Assembly (NCBI GenBank): GCA_003648285.1
Contig: QMOR01000001.1
Span: 1-40,191 of the forward strand
DNA from: Bacteroidota bacterium
GTDB lineage: Bacteria > Bacteroidota > Bacteroidia > Chitinophagales > Saprospiraceae
Length of the DNA: 40,191 nucleotides
Reading direction: 5' to 3'
Under the pieces are notes generated by a model, which made no database searches, was not told the origin of the DNA, and worked only from the letters and a program-made list of their open reading frames with translations. This document shows, one piece after another, positions 17,919 through 27,766 of the stretch. The position numbers and the translations under genes were made by a program. The first letter of the stretch is position 1. Every line of letters starts with the position of its first letter.

Positions 17919-19262
17919 ATGCGTGTACATTTTATAGCTGTTGGCGGTAGCATTATGCACAATCTTGCACTTGCCCTGAAGTACGCCGGTCATGAAGTGA
18001 CAGGCTCAGATGATGAAATCTATGACCCCGCACGATCCAGACTGGAAAAGGGTGGGATATTACCATCTGAGATGGGTTGGGACCCTGATCGGATTAGTAA
18101 TGATATCGATGCGGTGATACTCGGTATGCACGCCAGGCAAGACAATCCGGAGCTAGCCAGGGCCATCGAATTGGACATCCGGGTCTATTCCTTTCCCGAA
18201 TTTGTAAGCGAGCAGTCCTCAGATAAGAAGCGCGTCGTAATAGCGGGGAGCCACGGTAAGACTTCCACGACAAGTATGATCATGCATGTGCTCAGGAACG
18301 CGAAAAGGGATTTTGATTATCTGGTCGGAGCTCAGTTGCCGGATTTCGAACTGATGGTACATCTGAGCGATGCCCCTGTCATCGTCATTGAAGGGGATGA
18401 ATATCTCAGCTCACCGATCGACCGTCGTCCAAAGTTTTTTCACTACAAGCCACATATCACTGCGATCACCGGAGTGGCGTGGGATCATATGAATGTATTT
18501 CCAACCCTGGAGAATTACATCAGTCAGTTTGATCAGTATCTGGACAGCTTGCCTGATGATGCTGTGTGTTTTTACTACGAGAAGGACAAAGAGCTCAAGA
18601 CCCTAGCCAGCAAGCATAGCAAAAGGCTGAATCTGAAGGGTTATAAAGCCGTTCCTCACTCTTATACACATTACGGTGCAGTCGTATCCGACAACGAAGG
18701 TGGCTCATATGTGATGCAAATATTCGGCTCACACAATTTTGAGAATATGCAAGCAGCCCGCCTGATCTGCAGCGAATTGGGAATCAAAGACCATGATTTT
18801 TTTAAAGCCATGAAAACATTTAAAGGCGCCTCCATGCGTCTTCAGGAAATACATGCATCCGACTCACTTACCGTTTTCAGAGATTTCGCACATGCTCCGT
18901 CAAAAGTACGGGCGACTGTCAGAGCAATCAGGGAGAGATTTCAGAAAGAGACCGTCACAGCAATCGTAGAGCTGCACACCTTCAGCTCACTGAACAAAGA
19001 TTTTATCCCGCAGTACAAAGGGGCTCTGGACAGTGCCGATCATCGTTTTGTTTACTACAGTCCACACACCCTGGAAATCAAAAAATTACCCCCCGTGTCC
19101 AAAGAGGAAATATGTGATGCATTCGGCGGTGACGTAGAGGTCTTTACATCTATCGAGGATCTTGTCAAAGCCATTTCCACACCATACACCGGCATACATT
19201 TGTGGATGAGCTCCGGACGATTTGGGGATTTTGACGTACAGCAGATGTACAAAACCGATTAA
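17919..19262 (+). CDS. mpl: UDP-N-acetylmuramate:L-alanyl-gamma-D-glutamyl-meso-DAP ligase (Mur ligase family, murein peptide recycling)
   Basis: The N-terminus MRVHFIAVGGSIMHNLALALKYAGHEVTGSDD parallels Mpl. P-loop AGSHGKTSTTSM. Length of 447 aa. Confidence 0.85.
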   Translation: MRVHFIAVGGSIMHNLALALKYAGHEVTGSDDEIYDPARSRLEKGGILPSEMGWDPDRISNDIDAVILGMHARQDNPELARAIELDIRVYSFPEFVSEQSSDKKRVVIAGSHGKTSTTSMIMHVLRNAKRDFDYLVGAQLPDFELMVHLSDAPVIVIEGDEYLSSPIDRRPKFFHYKPHITAITGVAWDHMNVFPTLENYISQFDQYLDSLPDDAVCFYYEKDKELKTLASKHSKRLNLKGYKAVPHSYTHYGAVVSDNEGGSYVMQIFGSHNFENMQAARLICSELGIKDHDFFKAMKTFKGASMRLQEIHASDSLTVFRDFAHAPSKVRATVRAIRERFQKETVTAIVELHTFSSLNKDFIPQYKGALDSADHRFVYYSPHTLEIKKLPPVSKEEICDAFGGDVEVFTSIEDLVKAISTPYTGIHLWMSSGRFGDFDVQQMYKTD

Positions 19263-19315
19263 AAGGACGGCGCTATTAATTCCTAAACCCCTCCACTCCT
19301 AAACTCCTTAACTCT

Positions 19316-19323
19316 TATATTTG
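19316..19323 (+). promoter_or_regulatory. Candidate -7 box (TAnnTTTG) for pdhB
   Basis: TATATTTG lies 22 nt upstream of the ATG at 19345. The TTG at 19321 that opens the track ORF is part of this box. Confidence 0.5.
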
Positions 19324-19344
19324 TGGCACAAATATATACAGAGG

Positions 19345-20331
19345 ATGAGCAGAATAATCACATTGCGTGACGCGCTGAATGAGGCGATGAGTGAAGAGAT
19401 GCGGCTGGACGAGCGTGTTTTCCTGATGGGAGAGGAGGTTGCCCAGTACAACGGGGCGTACAAAGTGAGCCGGGGGATGCTCGATGAGTTTGGCCCAAGA
19501 CGTGTCATCGATACGCCCATCACTGAATTGGGGTTTGCCGGAATCGGGGTTGGAGCTGCCATGAACGGCCTCAAACCGATTATTGAATTTATGACCTGGA
19601 ATTTTGCAGTGCTGGCATTCGATCAGATCGTGAATAACGCCGCAAAGACGCTTTCGCAATCGGCCGGTCAGTTTTCATGCCCGATCGTATTTAGAGGGCC
19701 ATCTGGCGCAGCTGGTCAATTGGGGCAGCAGCACTCTCAGACATTCGAGAGCTGGATGGCGAATACGCCTGGCCTCAAAGTGATTTCCTGTATCGACCCA
19801 AAAGATTCCAAAGGGCTCTTGAAGTCAGCGATTAGAGATAACGATCCTGTGTGCTTTATGGAGTCAGAATCATATTATGGACTCAAGGGAGATGTTCCCA
19901 AAGAGGATTACCTCACGCCAATTGGCAAGGCCGCAATACGAAGGGAAGGTACAGACGTCACACTCGTCTCATTCAATAAAATGGTGGAAGTCATCAAGAA
20001 AGCTGCCACTGAACTTGAAAAGGAAGGTATATCCGCAGAGGTGATCGATCTGCGTACGATAAAACCACTTGACATTGACACTTTGGTCCAATCCGTAAAG
20101 AAAACAAATCGCATCATTATCGTTGACGAATCATGGCCGTTTGCGGGCGTTTCTTCCGAGATCACTTATCAGATTCAAAAACACGCTTTTGACTATCTCG
20201 ATGCACCTATCGTACGGCTCAACGCTGCAGATGTCTCGCTTGGATATGCACCGACATTAGTAGAGGAGTACTTGCCATCTGTTGAAAAAGTGATAACGGC
20301 GGTTAAGGAGGTTACCTATCACGGGGTATAA
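19345..20331 (+). CDS. pdhB: Pyruvate/2-oxoacid dehydrogenase E1 component, beta subunit
   Basis: VIDTPITELGFAGIGVGAAMNGLKPIIEFMTWNF plus a transketolase C-terminal domain (EVIDLRTIKPLD). Start set at the ATG (MSRIITLRDAL). Confidence 0.9.
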   Translation: MSRIITLRDALNEAMSEEMRLDERVFLMGEEVAQYNGAYKVSRGMLDEFGPRRVIDTPITELGFAGIGVGAAMNGLKPIIEFMTWNFAVLAFDQIVNNAAKTLSQSAGQFSCPIVFRGPSGAAGQLGQQHSQTFESWMANTPGLKVISCIDPKDSKGLLKSAIRDNDPVCFMESESYYGLKGDVPKEDYLTPIGKAAIRREGTDVTLVSFNKMVEVIKKAATELEKEGISAEVIDLRTIKPLDIDTLVQSVKKTNRIIIVDESWPFAGVSSEITYQIQKHAFDYLDAPIVRLNAADVSLGYAPTLVEEYLPSVEKVITAVKEVTYHGV

Positions 20332-20333
20332 AT

Positions 20334-21482
20334 CTACTTTCCAAAATACTCTTTCATCACTCTCTCCGCTTCTCTCCCCTGCGGCGAAAAAAAGACTTTT
20401 CTACTTGCGCGGTGATGCGATATTTTACCTACTGCCACCAGGGAGTCAATCCTCTTTTTACGATACGCCTGATAAGTACTGTAATCAGGGTACTTCCACG
20501 TGCTGTGAAACCACTTCCATATGAAAACACCAGCCAGCCAATCTTCATCCCAGCAAGACTCGAACAGGGCACGGTAACAATCAGCCTGCATATCATCACT
20601 TACTTCTATCGTGTTGTTATCTATCTGGCTTGGCCATAGCCAGGGTTCCGAAGCAGCTTTTACGTCATTGCGATAACCGACTTCAGTCAGGATGACTGGC
20701 CTCCCGAACTTTTGGGACACTTTCTTCATCTCCTCGATATGTGGCTTCCAGCCCAGTTTGATTTGCTCGAGCTGGGGTGCATGATCTTCTGCTAACGGGA
20801 AATATGCCTGGATTCCAATGTAGTCGACAGCATCCCACCATGTGATCGCTTCATATTCGAGGTAGAAATTTGCGGCATACGTCAACTTCCCCGGATAGAC
20901 TTTTCGGATTTCCTTAATCAATGTCCGCCACTTGTCAGGAAACTCTACTGCCGGATGGAGCAATTCAGTACCAATACAGAGCATTTCAATATTACTCTCA
21001 CGTGCAATGTTCGCATAGTGAAGTATGAATTTGCTGTAATTTTCAAACCAACGATCCCAATCTTCTGCACTTTCCATCTCGATGTCACCACGCCATTTGC
21101 CACCGGAGCGTCTCAACCATATATGGGGTTTTAATATGGATTTCAATCCTCTTTCACGTGCGAGTCGGGCCGTGTGTTCGATTCCGATATCACGTTCACC
21201 CCAATACCATCCACTACTTGCAAAATGCAGTTCAGGCGTATTGTAATGTGTTTGTAAACCAAAAGGTGTCTGCGAAATCCACTGTACATTATTCGCAACC
21301 AGATCGTCAAAATTATGTGTTGAGATGGAATCTCCACCGACCCAGCAAACACCTCGGATCTTGTTGTCAACCGAGGGTGTTTTCGGATCTCCATTCTCAG
21401 ATGTGAGACCTGAAACAATAAGCAAAACCCCCAGAAAACTCAGGAGTCGTATTAAAAAATAGGAAAGAGGCTGTTTTGCCAT
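20334..21482 (-). CDS. Secreted clan GH-A (TIM-barrel) glycoside hydrolase, GH113-like; family assignment tentative
   Basis: Signal/anchor MAKQPLSYFLIRLLSFLGVLLIV. Candidate acid/base and nucleophile Glu residues in CIGTELLH and VILTEVGY. Start moved to the ATG at 21482. Its stop is 2 bp from the pdhB stop. Confidence 0.75.
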   Translation of the reverse strand: MAKQPLSYFLIRLLSFLGVLLIVSGLTSENGDPKTPSVDNKIRGVCWVGGDSISTHNFDDLVANNVQWISQTPFGLQTHYNTPELHFASSGWYWGERDIGIEHTARLARERGLKSILKPHIWLRRSGGKWRGDIEMESAEDWDRWFENYSKFILHYANIARESNIEMLCIGTELLHPAVEFPDKWRTLIKEIRKVYPGKLTYAANFYLEYEAITWWDAVDYIGIQAYFPLAEDHAPQLEQIKLGWKPHIEEMKKVSQKFGRPVILTEVGYRNDVKAASEPWLWPSQIDNNTIEVSDDMQADCYRALFESCWDEDWLAGVFIWKWFHSTWKYPDYSTYQAYRKKRIDSLVAVGKISHHRASRKVFFSPQGREAERVMKEYFGK

Positions 21483-21594
21483 GTCATGCAAACTACCATT
21501 TTGCACATGACAATGCAAAATTGATTTGCGCAAAGTGCCGTCTCTGTCGTCCAACACATGCGTCCTGAAGACGCATCACGTGACGGAACATCAT

Positions 21595-22692
21595 CTAGAC
21601 ATTGAATCTGAAATGCATGACGTCGCCGTCCTTCACAACATATTCCTTGCCCTCAACAGCCATCTTGCCAGCTTCTTTCACAGCGCTCTCTGAGCCATAT
21701 TCGATAAAGGTATTGTAGGAAATAACCTCGGCTCGAATAAACCCGTGTTCAAAGTCTGTGTGAATCTCACCTGCAGCCCCAGGGGCCTTTGTCCCTTCCC
21801 TGATCGTCCAGGCGCGAGCTTCCTTTGGACCCGCGGTGAAGTAAGTAATCAGGTTGAGTAATTTGTAGCTTGAGCGAATCAACCGGTTTACACCAGGCTC
21901 GTCAAGTCCCATTTCCTCTACAAATTCGAGACGCTCCTCGACTGTATCCAGTTCTGCAATATCCGCTTCGATACCTGCACTGATGAGGAGTATTTCCGAG
22001 TTTTCACGACTTACACTCTCTGTAAAGACATTGACGTACTGATTGCCGTCAAGAACTGCCTCCTCGTCCACATTGCACACGTATATGATGGGTTTTTGAG
22101 TCAGCAAGTACATGTCGCGGTACAATTCTTCCATCGCTTCCGGCACCTCAAATGCTCTAGCGGGCACATCGCCCTCAAGGTGTGCCAGCAGATTTTGGAT
22201 AAACTCCAGCTGTGCCAGTTCTTCCTTTTTACCCGTTTTAGCCTGCTTTCTTGCTTTATCAAGAATTTTTTCGACCGTCTCTATATCTTTCAGAATGAGC
22301 TCCGTATCAACAATTTCCTTGTCTCTGACGGGATCCACACTGCCATCGACATGTACGACATTATCGTCATCAAAACAACGCACTACATGCAGGATGGCAT
22401 CGACCTCTCGGATATTGCCCAAAAACTGGTTGCCAAGACCTTCTCCTTTGCTCGCTCCCTTGATCAGACCAGCGATGTCGAGAATCTCGACCGTCGTCGG
22501 AACCAATTTTTCTGATTGCGTCAATTCTGCCAATTTTTCCAAACGGGCATCAGGAACCGTAATCATACCGATATTGGGTTCCTTTGTTGCAAACGGGTAG
22601 TTGGCCGCAAGGGCCTTTGCATTCGTCAGGGCATTAAACAATGTTGATTTTCCAACGTTGGGTAATCCGACAATTCCACACTTAAGAGCCAT
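21595..22692 (-). CDS. ychF: Ribosome-binding ATPase YchF
   Basis: MALKCGIVGLPNVGKSTLFNALT and a C-terminal TGS-like ...VVKDGDVMHFRFNV. The ATG at 22692 is preferred over the upstream extension. Confidence 0.95.
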   Translation of the reverse strand: MALKCGIVGLPNVGKSTLFNALTNAKALAANYPFATKEPNIGMITVPDARLEKLAELTQSEKLVPTTVEILDIAGLIKGASKGEGLGNQFLGNIREVDAILHVVRCFDDDNVVHVDGSVDPVRDKEIVDTELILKDIETVEKILDKARKQAKTGKKEELAQLEFIQNLLAHLEGDVPARAFEVPEAMEELYRDMYLLTQKPIIYVCNVDEEAVLDGNQYVNVFTESVSRENSEILLISAGIEADIAELDTVEERLEFVEEMGLDEPGVNRLIRSSYKLLNLITYFTAGPKEARAWTIREGTKAPGAAGEIHTDFEHGFIRAEVISYNTFIEYGSESAVKEAGKMAVEGKEYVVKDGDVMHFRFNV

Positions 22693-22713
22693 GATATTTA
22701 TTTTTTCAGCGCG

Positions 22714-22721
22714 CAAAGATA
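22714..22721 (-). promoter_or_regulatory. Candidate -7 box (TAnnTTTG) for ychF
   Basis: The plus strand reads CAAAGATA, which is TATCTTTG on the minus strand. It sits 22 nt upstream of the ATG at 22692. Confidence 0.45.
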
Positions 22722-22795
22722 GACGCATCGGGAGAATTATAATTCAATTATTTTCAAATTACACCTTGCATGTGATATCAGCGTAAATTTAGATC

Positions 22796-23371
22796 GTGAA
22801 CTACGTCGCACATTTGTTACTCACATACCCTCAGGAAGACATCAGCATTGGAAACCTGATGGGGGATATGCTCTCCAACAAAGAGGTCGCACTTTTACCT
22901 CAGGAGATGCGTAAGGGGGTGCAGATTCACAGAGCCATTGATCATCATACAGATAATCATGCCTCCATGCGTGAAGTAGTGAAGCTCTTGCGGCCACAAC
23001 ACCGCAAATATGCCCCTGTGGTTGCAGACATCTTGCTCGATCGTGTACTGGTCATCAACTGGCAGGCGTACAGCTCTGTCAGCTATGAGGTCTTCGAAGA
23101 TTGGGTTTATCACACGATCAATTCTCACCTTGACGTGATTCCGGCCCAATTGCACAAGAGGCTCGGGAGTATGGTACACCATCGTTGGCTAAAGCAATAT
23201 GCAAGTCTTGAGGGGATGCAATACGTTCTTGACAGAATGGATAGGAGGACTCAATTTCCGTCTGATTTTGGATCAGCGGTCAAAGATATTCCGCTGCATT
23301 ATTCGGCAATGCAAAATGCCTTGAGTGTATTGTTTCCAGACTTGTCGAGCTTAGTACAGAAAATGTACTAG
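22796..23371 (+). CDS. acpH: Acyl carrier protein phosphodiesterase
   Basis: GTG start followed by NYVAHLLL...GNLMGD, matching the AcpH N-terminal pattern MNxLAHLxL. Length is 191 aa. Confidence 0.75.
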   Translation: MNYVAHLLLTYPQEDISIGNLMGDMLSNKEVALLPQEMRKGVQIHRAIDHHTDNHASMREVVKLLRPQHRKYAPVVADILLDRVLVINWQAYSSVSYEVFEDWVYHTINSHLDVIPAQLHKRLGSMVHHRWLKQYASLEGMQYVLDRMDRRTQFPSDFGSAVKDIPLHYSAMQNALSVLFPDLSSLVQKMY

Positions 23372-23449
23372 TGGTATTATATCATCGGACAAGTAGACAA
23401 GAATTGCGCACGTGGCAATCTGGCATTCCCGATTCAGAGTCAAACTGGC

Positions 23450-24175
23450 TTAACCCTCAAAGTGCAACGAGATCGTAAACGTTCTGGAGTTTAATGTTTC
23501 AAGAACTTTTGATCTTTCGAGCGCACCATTATATATCAGGATATTGCTCAGGCCCTGTGAGAACTTGATCTCAGGAGAAAAGATAAACAGAGGCAGGAAA
23601 AACTGGATACCTGCACCGATCTCAAAGGCAAAGTCATGGGGGCTAATTTTAATGAGATTTTGAGATTTTTCTTTGCGTACGCGAGAGTTACTAGCCACAT
23701 CATACGTGTACTTTATTCCTGCAATGGCAAAAACCCGTTTGTCTTTATAAGGCGCTGATTTATACCGGACGTGAAAAGGCAGCTGAATAAATACCGATTC
23801 GATCGTCGTGGTGGATAGTGTCTTATCGATGTTGTTTTCATTAAACACGATACTCCGCTCTGCAAATGAGAATCCGGGTAAAAACCTGAAATCAAAGTTT
23901 TCTCCCATTTTCATGTTCGCAACCAGAGAAACATTAAATCCGGGTCCGGGCTTGGCTTCAGCAACAGCAAAGGTATCGTTGAGGATAAAATTCTTTGAAT
24001 GATGGATTTGAAAATTCGATGAATTGAATCCCAGGGTAATACCAAAATAGATCGCTTTCTGCTGAAATGAGCGAAAATTATGGTTGCCTGTATGATCAAT
24101 TTGTGCTTGTCCGATGAGGACAATACAAACCATCAGAGCCGTCAGTATTATTTTTCTGCAGTGTATATCGCACAT
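23450..24175 (-). CDS. Outer-membrane beta-barrel protein, PorT/SprT-like (T9SS/gliding associated)
   Basis: Signal peptide ...LMVCIVLIGQAQ, then alternating amphipathic strands throughout. About 240 aa. Located directly downstream of ubiE and overlapping it, which I recall as the porT position in other Bacteroidota. Start could instead be M15 at 24133. Confidence 0.65.
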   Translation of the reverse strand: MCDIHCRKIILTALMVCIVLIGQAQIDHTGNHNFRSFQQKAIYFGITLGFNSSNFQIHHSKNFILNDTFAVAEAKPGPGFNVSLVANMKMGENFDFRFLPGFSFAERSIVFNENNIDKTLSTTTIESVFIQLPFHVRYKSAPYKDKRVFAIAGIKYTYDVASNSRVRKEKSQNLIKISPHDFAFEIGAGIQFFLPLFIFSPEIKFSQGLSNILIYNGALERSKVLETLNSRTFTISLHFEG

Positions 24176-24879
24176 ATTCCTAAACTCAAAACCTTGAAAC
24201 CGGCATTTTTAAAGCCATTCGTTGATAATACTGCAGTAAAACGATCATAATCGGGAAAAGCTTGCACAGACTCGTATAAGTAATGGTACGCGCGTTTATC
24301 CCCAGAGCCAAAACTCCCGACAAACGGAAGAATATGTTTGAAATAAAACTGAAACAATTGCTTGAATGGAAATGTACGCGGTTTCGTAAATTCCAGAACC
24401 ACCAATCTCCCTCCGGGTTTCAGCACCCTGAAAATTTCACGCATTCCTCTGGGCAAGTCGCCAAAATTCCTCACTCCGAAAGCAACCGAAACGCTGTGAA
24501 AGCTGTGATCTTCAAAAGGTAGATCCTCAGAATCCCCAAGTGTAAAGTGTACTCTGCTGCTCAATCCTCTTTTTGCAGATTTTTTACGTGCCATCACGAG
24601 CATGTTTTCTGCGAGATCGAGACCGGTGACTTGTGCATCTTCAAATTGTCTGGCAATTTCGAATGCCAAATCGCCTGTCCCGGTTGCCACATCCAGCACT
24701 AGGGCCTCCTTTGGCACATCCAGCATCCCAATTGCAGTTTTGCGCCATCTCTTGTCCATTCCAGCAGACAAAAACATGTTGAGACTGTCATAATGCGGAG
24801 CAATGCGGTCAAACATGCGACGCACTTGCTCCTTCTTGGAATCCTCTTCCTTGCTATATGGTTTTACCTCGCTGGACAC
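24148..24879 (-). CDS. ubiE: Demethylmenaquinone methyltransferase
   Basis: VRRMFDRIAPHYDSLN, the SAM motif VLDVATGTGDLA, and LKPGGRLVVLEF. GTG start. Confidence 0.9.
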   Translation of the reverse strand: MSSEVKPYSKEEDSKKEQVRRMFDRIAPHYDSLNMFLSAGMDKRWRKTAIGMLDVPKEALVLDVATGTGDLAFEIARQFEDAQVTGLDLAENMLVMARKKSAKRGLSSRVHFTLGDSEDLPFEDHSFHSVSVAFGVRNFGDLPRGMREIFRVLKPGGRLVVLEFTKPRTFPFKQLFQFYFKHILPFVGSFGSGDKRAYHYLYESVQAFPDYDRFTAVLSTNGFKNAGFKVLSLGICAIYTAEK

Positions 24880-24896
24880 GGTCGTGATTTCGGCGG

Positions 24897-24904
24897 CAAA
24901 GATA
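24897..24904 (-). promoter_or_regulatory. Candidate -7 box (TAnnTTTG) for ubiE
   Basis: The plus strand reads CAAAGATA, which is TATCTTTG on the minus strand. It sits 18 nt upstream of the start at 24879. Confidence 0.45.
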
Positions 24905-25029
24905 GACTATTTGATCTTAAATAATACGCATCAAATCAGCGTCTTATGAATCACGAAAAGAGACCATATCAAGGACCATTTTACGCAAACAAATATGGAA
25001 TAGTTGAATGTAAAATCGTCTGAAAATCG

Positions 25030-25037
25030 TATTTTTG
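25030..25037 (+). promoter_or_regulatory. Candidate -7 box (TAnnTTTG) for gyrA
   Basis: TATTTTTG lies 28 nt upstream of the ATG at 25065. Confidence 0.5.
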
Positions 25038-25064
25038 CACGTCTTTTCAGAAACCTGAAATTAT

Positions 25065-27665
25065 ATGAGTGACAAACAGCGAATTGTCGAGATAAATATA
25101 GAGGAAGAAATGAAATCAGCGTACATCGATTATTCGATGTCGGTGATTGTTTCGCGTGCACTTCCCGACGTCCGCGATGGGCTAAAGCCTGTGCATCGAC
25201 GTATCCTTTTTGCAATGCATGAGCTAGGTCTGACCCACAGTAAACCCACCAAGAAAAGTGCGCGTGTCGTGGGTGAAGTATTGGGTAAATATCACCCACA
25301 CGGTGACAGTGCGGTATATGAGTCAATGATCCGGATGGGCCAGCCCTGGTCGCTGCGTAGCCCCCTGGTCGAAATACAGGGAAATAAAGGATCGATCGAT
25401 GGTGACAGTCCTGCAGCAATGCGGTATACCGAAGCTCGTTTATCCCGTATTTCTGATGAGATGCTGGCCGATATCAAAAAAGATACTGTAGACTACCGGC
25501 TCAATTTTGACGATAGTCTGGAAGAGCCAACGGTCCTGCCTACACGAGCACCTATCCTGCTTATCAATGGTGCATCAGGTATTGCCGTGGGAATGGCCAC
25601 CAATATGCTGCCTCACAATGTCACAGAGGTCGTAAATGGTGTGATCGCAACTGTGGACAATCCTGATATTACCGTCACGGAACTGATGGAGTGGGTCAAA
25701 GGTCCTGACTTTCCTACGGGGGGGATCATCCACGGTACTGCAGGAATAAAAGAGGCATTCGAAACAGGTCGGGGCAGAATCGTCCTGAGAGGCAAGGCTG
25801 AAATACAGGACCTGCCATCAGGTAGATCTGTCATCGTGTTTTCAGAGATCCCTTATCAGGTAAATAAGGCCACACTTCATATGAAGATTGTGGAATTGGC
25901 CAACTCTGAAAAGATAACAGGTATCTCAGAGGTGCGTGACGAATCTGACAGAGACGGATTGCGCCTCGTCATTGAGTTGAAGAGGGATGCGATAGCCCGT
26001 GTTGTATTGAGCAAGTTGTTTAAGTATACAGCTCTTCAGTCTTCATACGGAGTGAATAATGTGGCATTGCTGAAAGGCAGACCACTCCTTCTCAATATCA
26101 AGCAAATTATCGCTGCCTTTATTGAGTTTCGACTGGAAGTCATTGTGCGCCGGACAGAATTTGACCTGAGGAAAGCTAAGGCGAGAGCCCACATTCTTGA
26201 AGGTCTGTTAATTGCACTTGATAACCTGGATGCGGTCATCAAGTTGATTCGTGCCAGTAAAACTGTCGATGTGGCACAGGCCGGATTGATGAAGGAGTTT
26301 GAGCTAAGTGAGGTTCAGGCAAAAGCAATCCTTGAGATGCGTTTGCAAAGACTCACAGGGCTTGAGATCGATAAGGTACGTGCCGAATATGAGGAATTGC
26401 TCCAACACATCGCAAGCCTCAATTCAATTCTTGAGAGCGAGGAGATGAGACGGGATATTATTAAAGATGAACTCAGAGAGGTCAAAGCGAAATATGGAGA
26501 TGAGCGTCGCACAGAAATTGTTGCTGCGGAAGGAGAAATAAGCATCGAAGATCTTATCCCGAATGAAGAAGTCGTTGTGACGATTTCACACCTCGCTTAC
26601 GTCAAACGCACAAAGAGCGCCGAATACAAAACACAGAGCAGGGGAGGACGTGGATCCTTGGGAAGCAAAACGAGAGACGCAGACTTTATCGAGCACATAT
26701 TTGTTGCGAATGCACACGATTACCTGTTATTATTTACGCAACAAGGCAGATGTCACTGGATACGGGTATATGAGATTCCTGAAACTTCCAAGACAGCATC
26801 GGGTCGGGTGATCCAAAATCTGATCGCGATACCAAAAGACGATAGCGTAAAGGCGTATATCGTTGTTAAAGACCTCAGTGACACCGAATTTCTCAATAGT
26901 CACTATATCATGTTTGGGACGACGCGTGGAGTCATTAAGAAAACTTCACTCGAAGCATTTTCCAGGCCAAGGACTAATGGTATCAATGCAATTACTATTC
27001 GCGAAGGTGATCAATTGATGGACGCGAGACTGACAAATGGGAACAATCAAATATTCCTTGCAAACAAGTCCGGTCTGGCCATAAGATTTGAAGAGTCACG
27101 TGTGCGTTCTATGGGTCGCAGCGCGGCTGGTGTGCGCGGTATGGCAATGAAAGATGAAAATGATCGTGTCATCGGTATGGTGTGCATTGATCCGGAAGAT
27201 CAGGAGACGTCAATCCTGGTAGTTTCAGAATTTGGATCCGGAAAACGATCCAAAGTCGAAGATTACAGATTGACCAATCGCGGTGGTAAAGGCGTGAAGA
27301 CAATCCAGATCACAGATAAAACGGGTGCATTAGTGGCTCTCAAAGCGGTAAGGGAAGAAGATGATCTGATGATTACCAACCGATCGGGAATTGTGATTCG
27401 TATGCCCGTGAGTGATATTCGCGTGATGGGTCGTGCGACACAAGGGGTACGCGTGATTAACTTGCAGAAAAAAGATTCTATAGCCGATGTGACAGTTGTG
27501 ATCCGAGGCGATGAAGAGGATGAGGATATAGGGACAGAGGGTGACGAAGCAATCAATCCCGATGTGGACTTGAATCCCGATGCTGAAACAGATGCAACGG
27601 ATGATAGTGGCAAAAACTTGGATACAGACGGAGAATCTGATGCAAATTCGGATGAAACATCTTAA
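25065..27665 (+). CDS. gyrA: DNA gyrase subunit A
   Basis: QRDR region [19 protein letters not shown], active-site Tyr context [10 protein letters not shown], and GyrA-box/beta-pinwheel repeats. It ends in a roughly 55-aa acidic tail. Confidence 0.97.
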   Translation: MSDKQRIVEINIEEEMKSAYIDYSMSVIVSRALPDVRDGLKPVHRRILFAMHELGLTHSKPTKKSARVVGEVLGKYHPHGDSAVYESMIRMGQPWSLRSPLVEIQGNKGSIDGDSPAAMRYTEARLSRISDEMLADIKKDTVDYRLNFDDSLEEPTVLPTRAPILLINGASGIAVGMATNMLPHNVTEVVNGVIATVDNPDITVTELMEWVKGPDFPTGGIIHGTAGIKEAFETGRGRIVLRGKAEIQDLPSGRSVIVFSEIPYQVNKATLHMKIVELANSEKITGISEVRDESDRDGLRLVIELKRDAIARVVLSKLFKYTALQSSYGVNNVALLKGRPLLLNIKQIIAAFIEFRLEVIVRRTEFDLRKAKARAHILEGLLIALDNLDAVIKLIRASKTVDVAQAGLMKEFELSEVQAKAILEMRLQRLTGLEIDKVRAEYEELLQHIASLNSILESEEMRRDIIKDELREVKAKYGDERRTEIVAAEGEISIEDLIPNEEVVVTISHLAYVKRTKSAEYKTQSRGGRGSLGSKTRDADFIEHIFVANAHDYLLLFTQQGRCHWIRVYEIPETSKTASGRVIQNLIAIPKDDSVKAYIVVKDLSDTEFLNSHYIMFGTTRGVIKKTSLEAFSRPRTNGINAITIREGDQLMDARLTNGNNQIFLANKSGLAIRFEESRVRSMGRSAAGVRGMAMKDENDRVIGMVCIDPEDQETSILVVSEFGSGKRSKVEDYRLTNRGGKGVKTIQITDKTGALVALKAVREEDDLMITNRSGIVIRMPVSDIRVMGRATQGVRVINLQKKDSIADVTVVIRGDEEDEDIGTEGDEAINPDVDLNPDAETDATDDSGKNLDTDGESDANSDETS

Positions 27666-27766
27666 ATTTGTACTTGGGGAGTGGGTAAAGACCAGATTTA
27701 ACGATTCCTTAAAGAGTTTTAACGGAATGCTATTGTGTATTTAGCGCTGCATTGCGTCTTATAAGT

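Noticed and set aside
19345-20331. E1 beta subunit gene standing alone, without E1 alpha or E2, as a possible gene-loss or pseudogene signal
   Set aside because: The ORF is intact with conserved motifs and its own -7 box. As I recall, separated pdhA and pdhB loci occur in Bacteroidota, so this is not evidence of decay.
21558-21576. Hairpin ATGCGTC-CTGAA-GACGCAT located 19 nt downstream of the ychF stop
   Set aside because: It has only a 7-bp stem and no U-tract on the minus strand, so it is not a canonical intrinsic terminator. It also lies inside the long version of the glycoside hydrolase ORF. It may still be a weak 3' structure.
24931-25419. 162-aa minus-strand ORF spanning the ubiE-gyrA intergenic region and the gyrA 5' end
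   Set aside because: It is antisense to the highly conserved gyrA N-terminus. Its composition is odd (His/Arg/Cys-rich), it has no recognisable motif, and it would run through both promoters.
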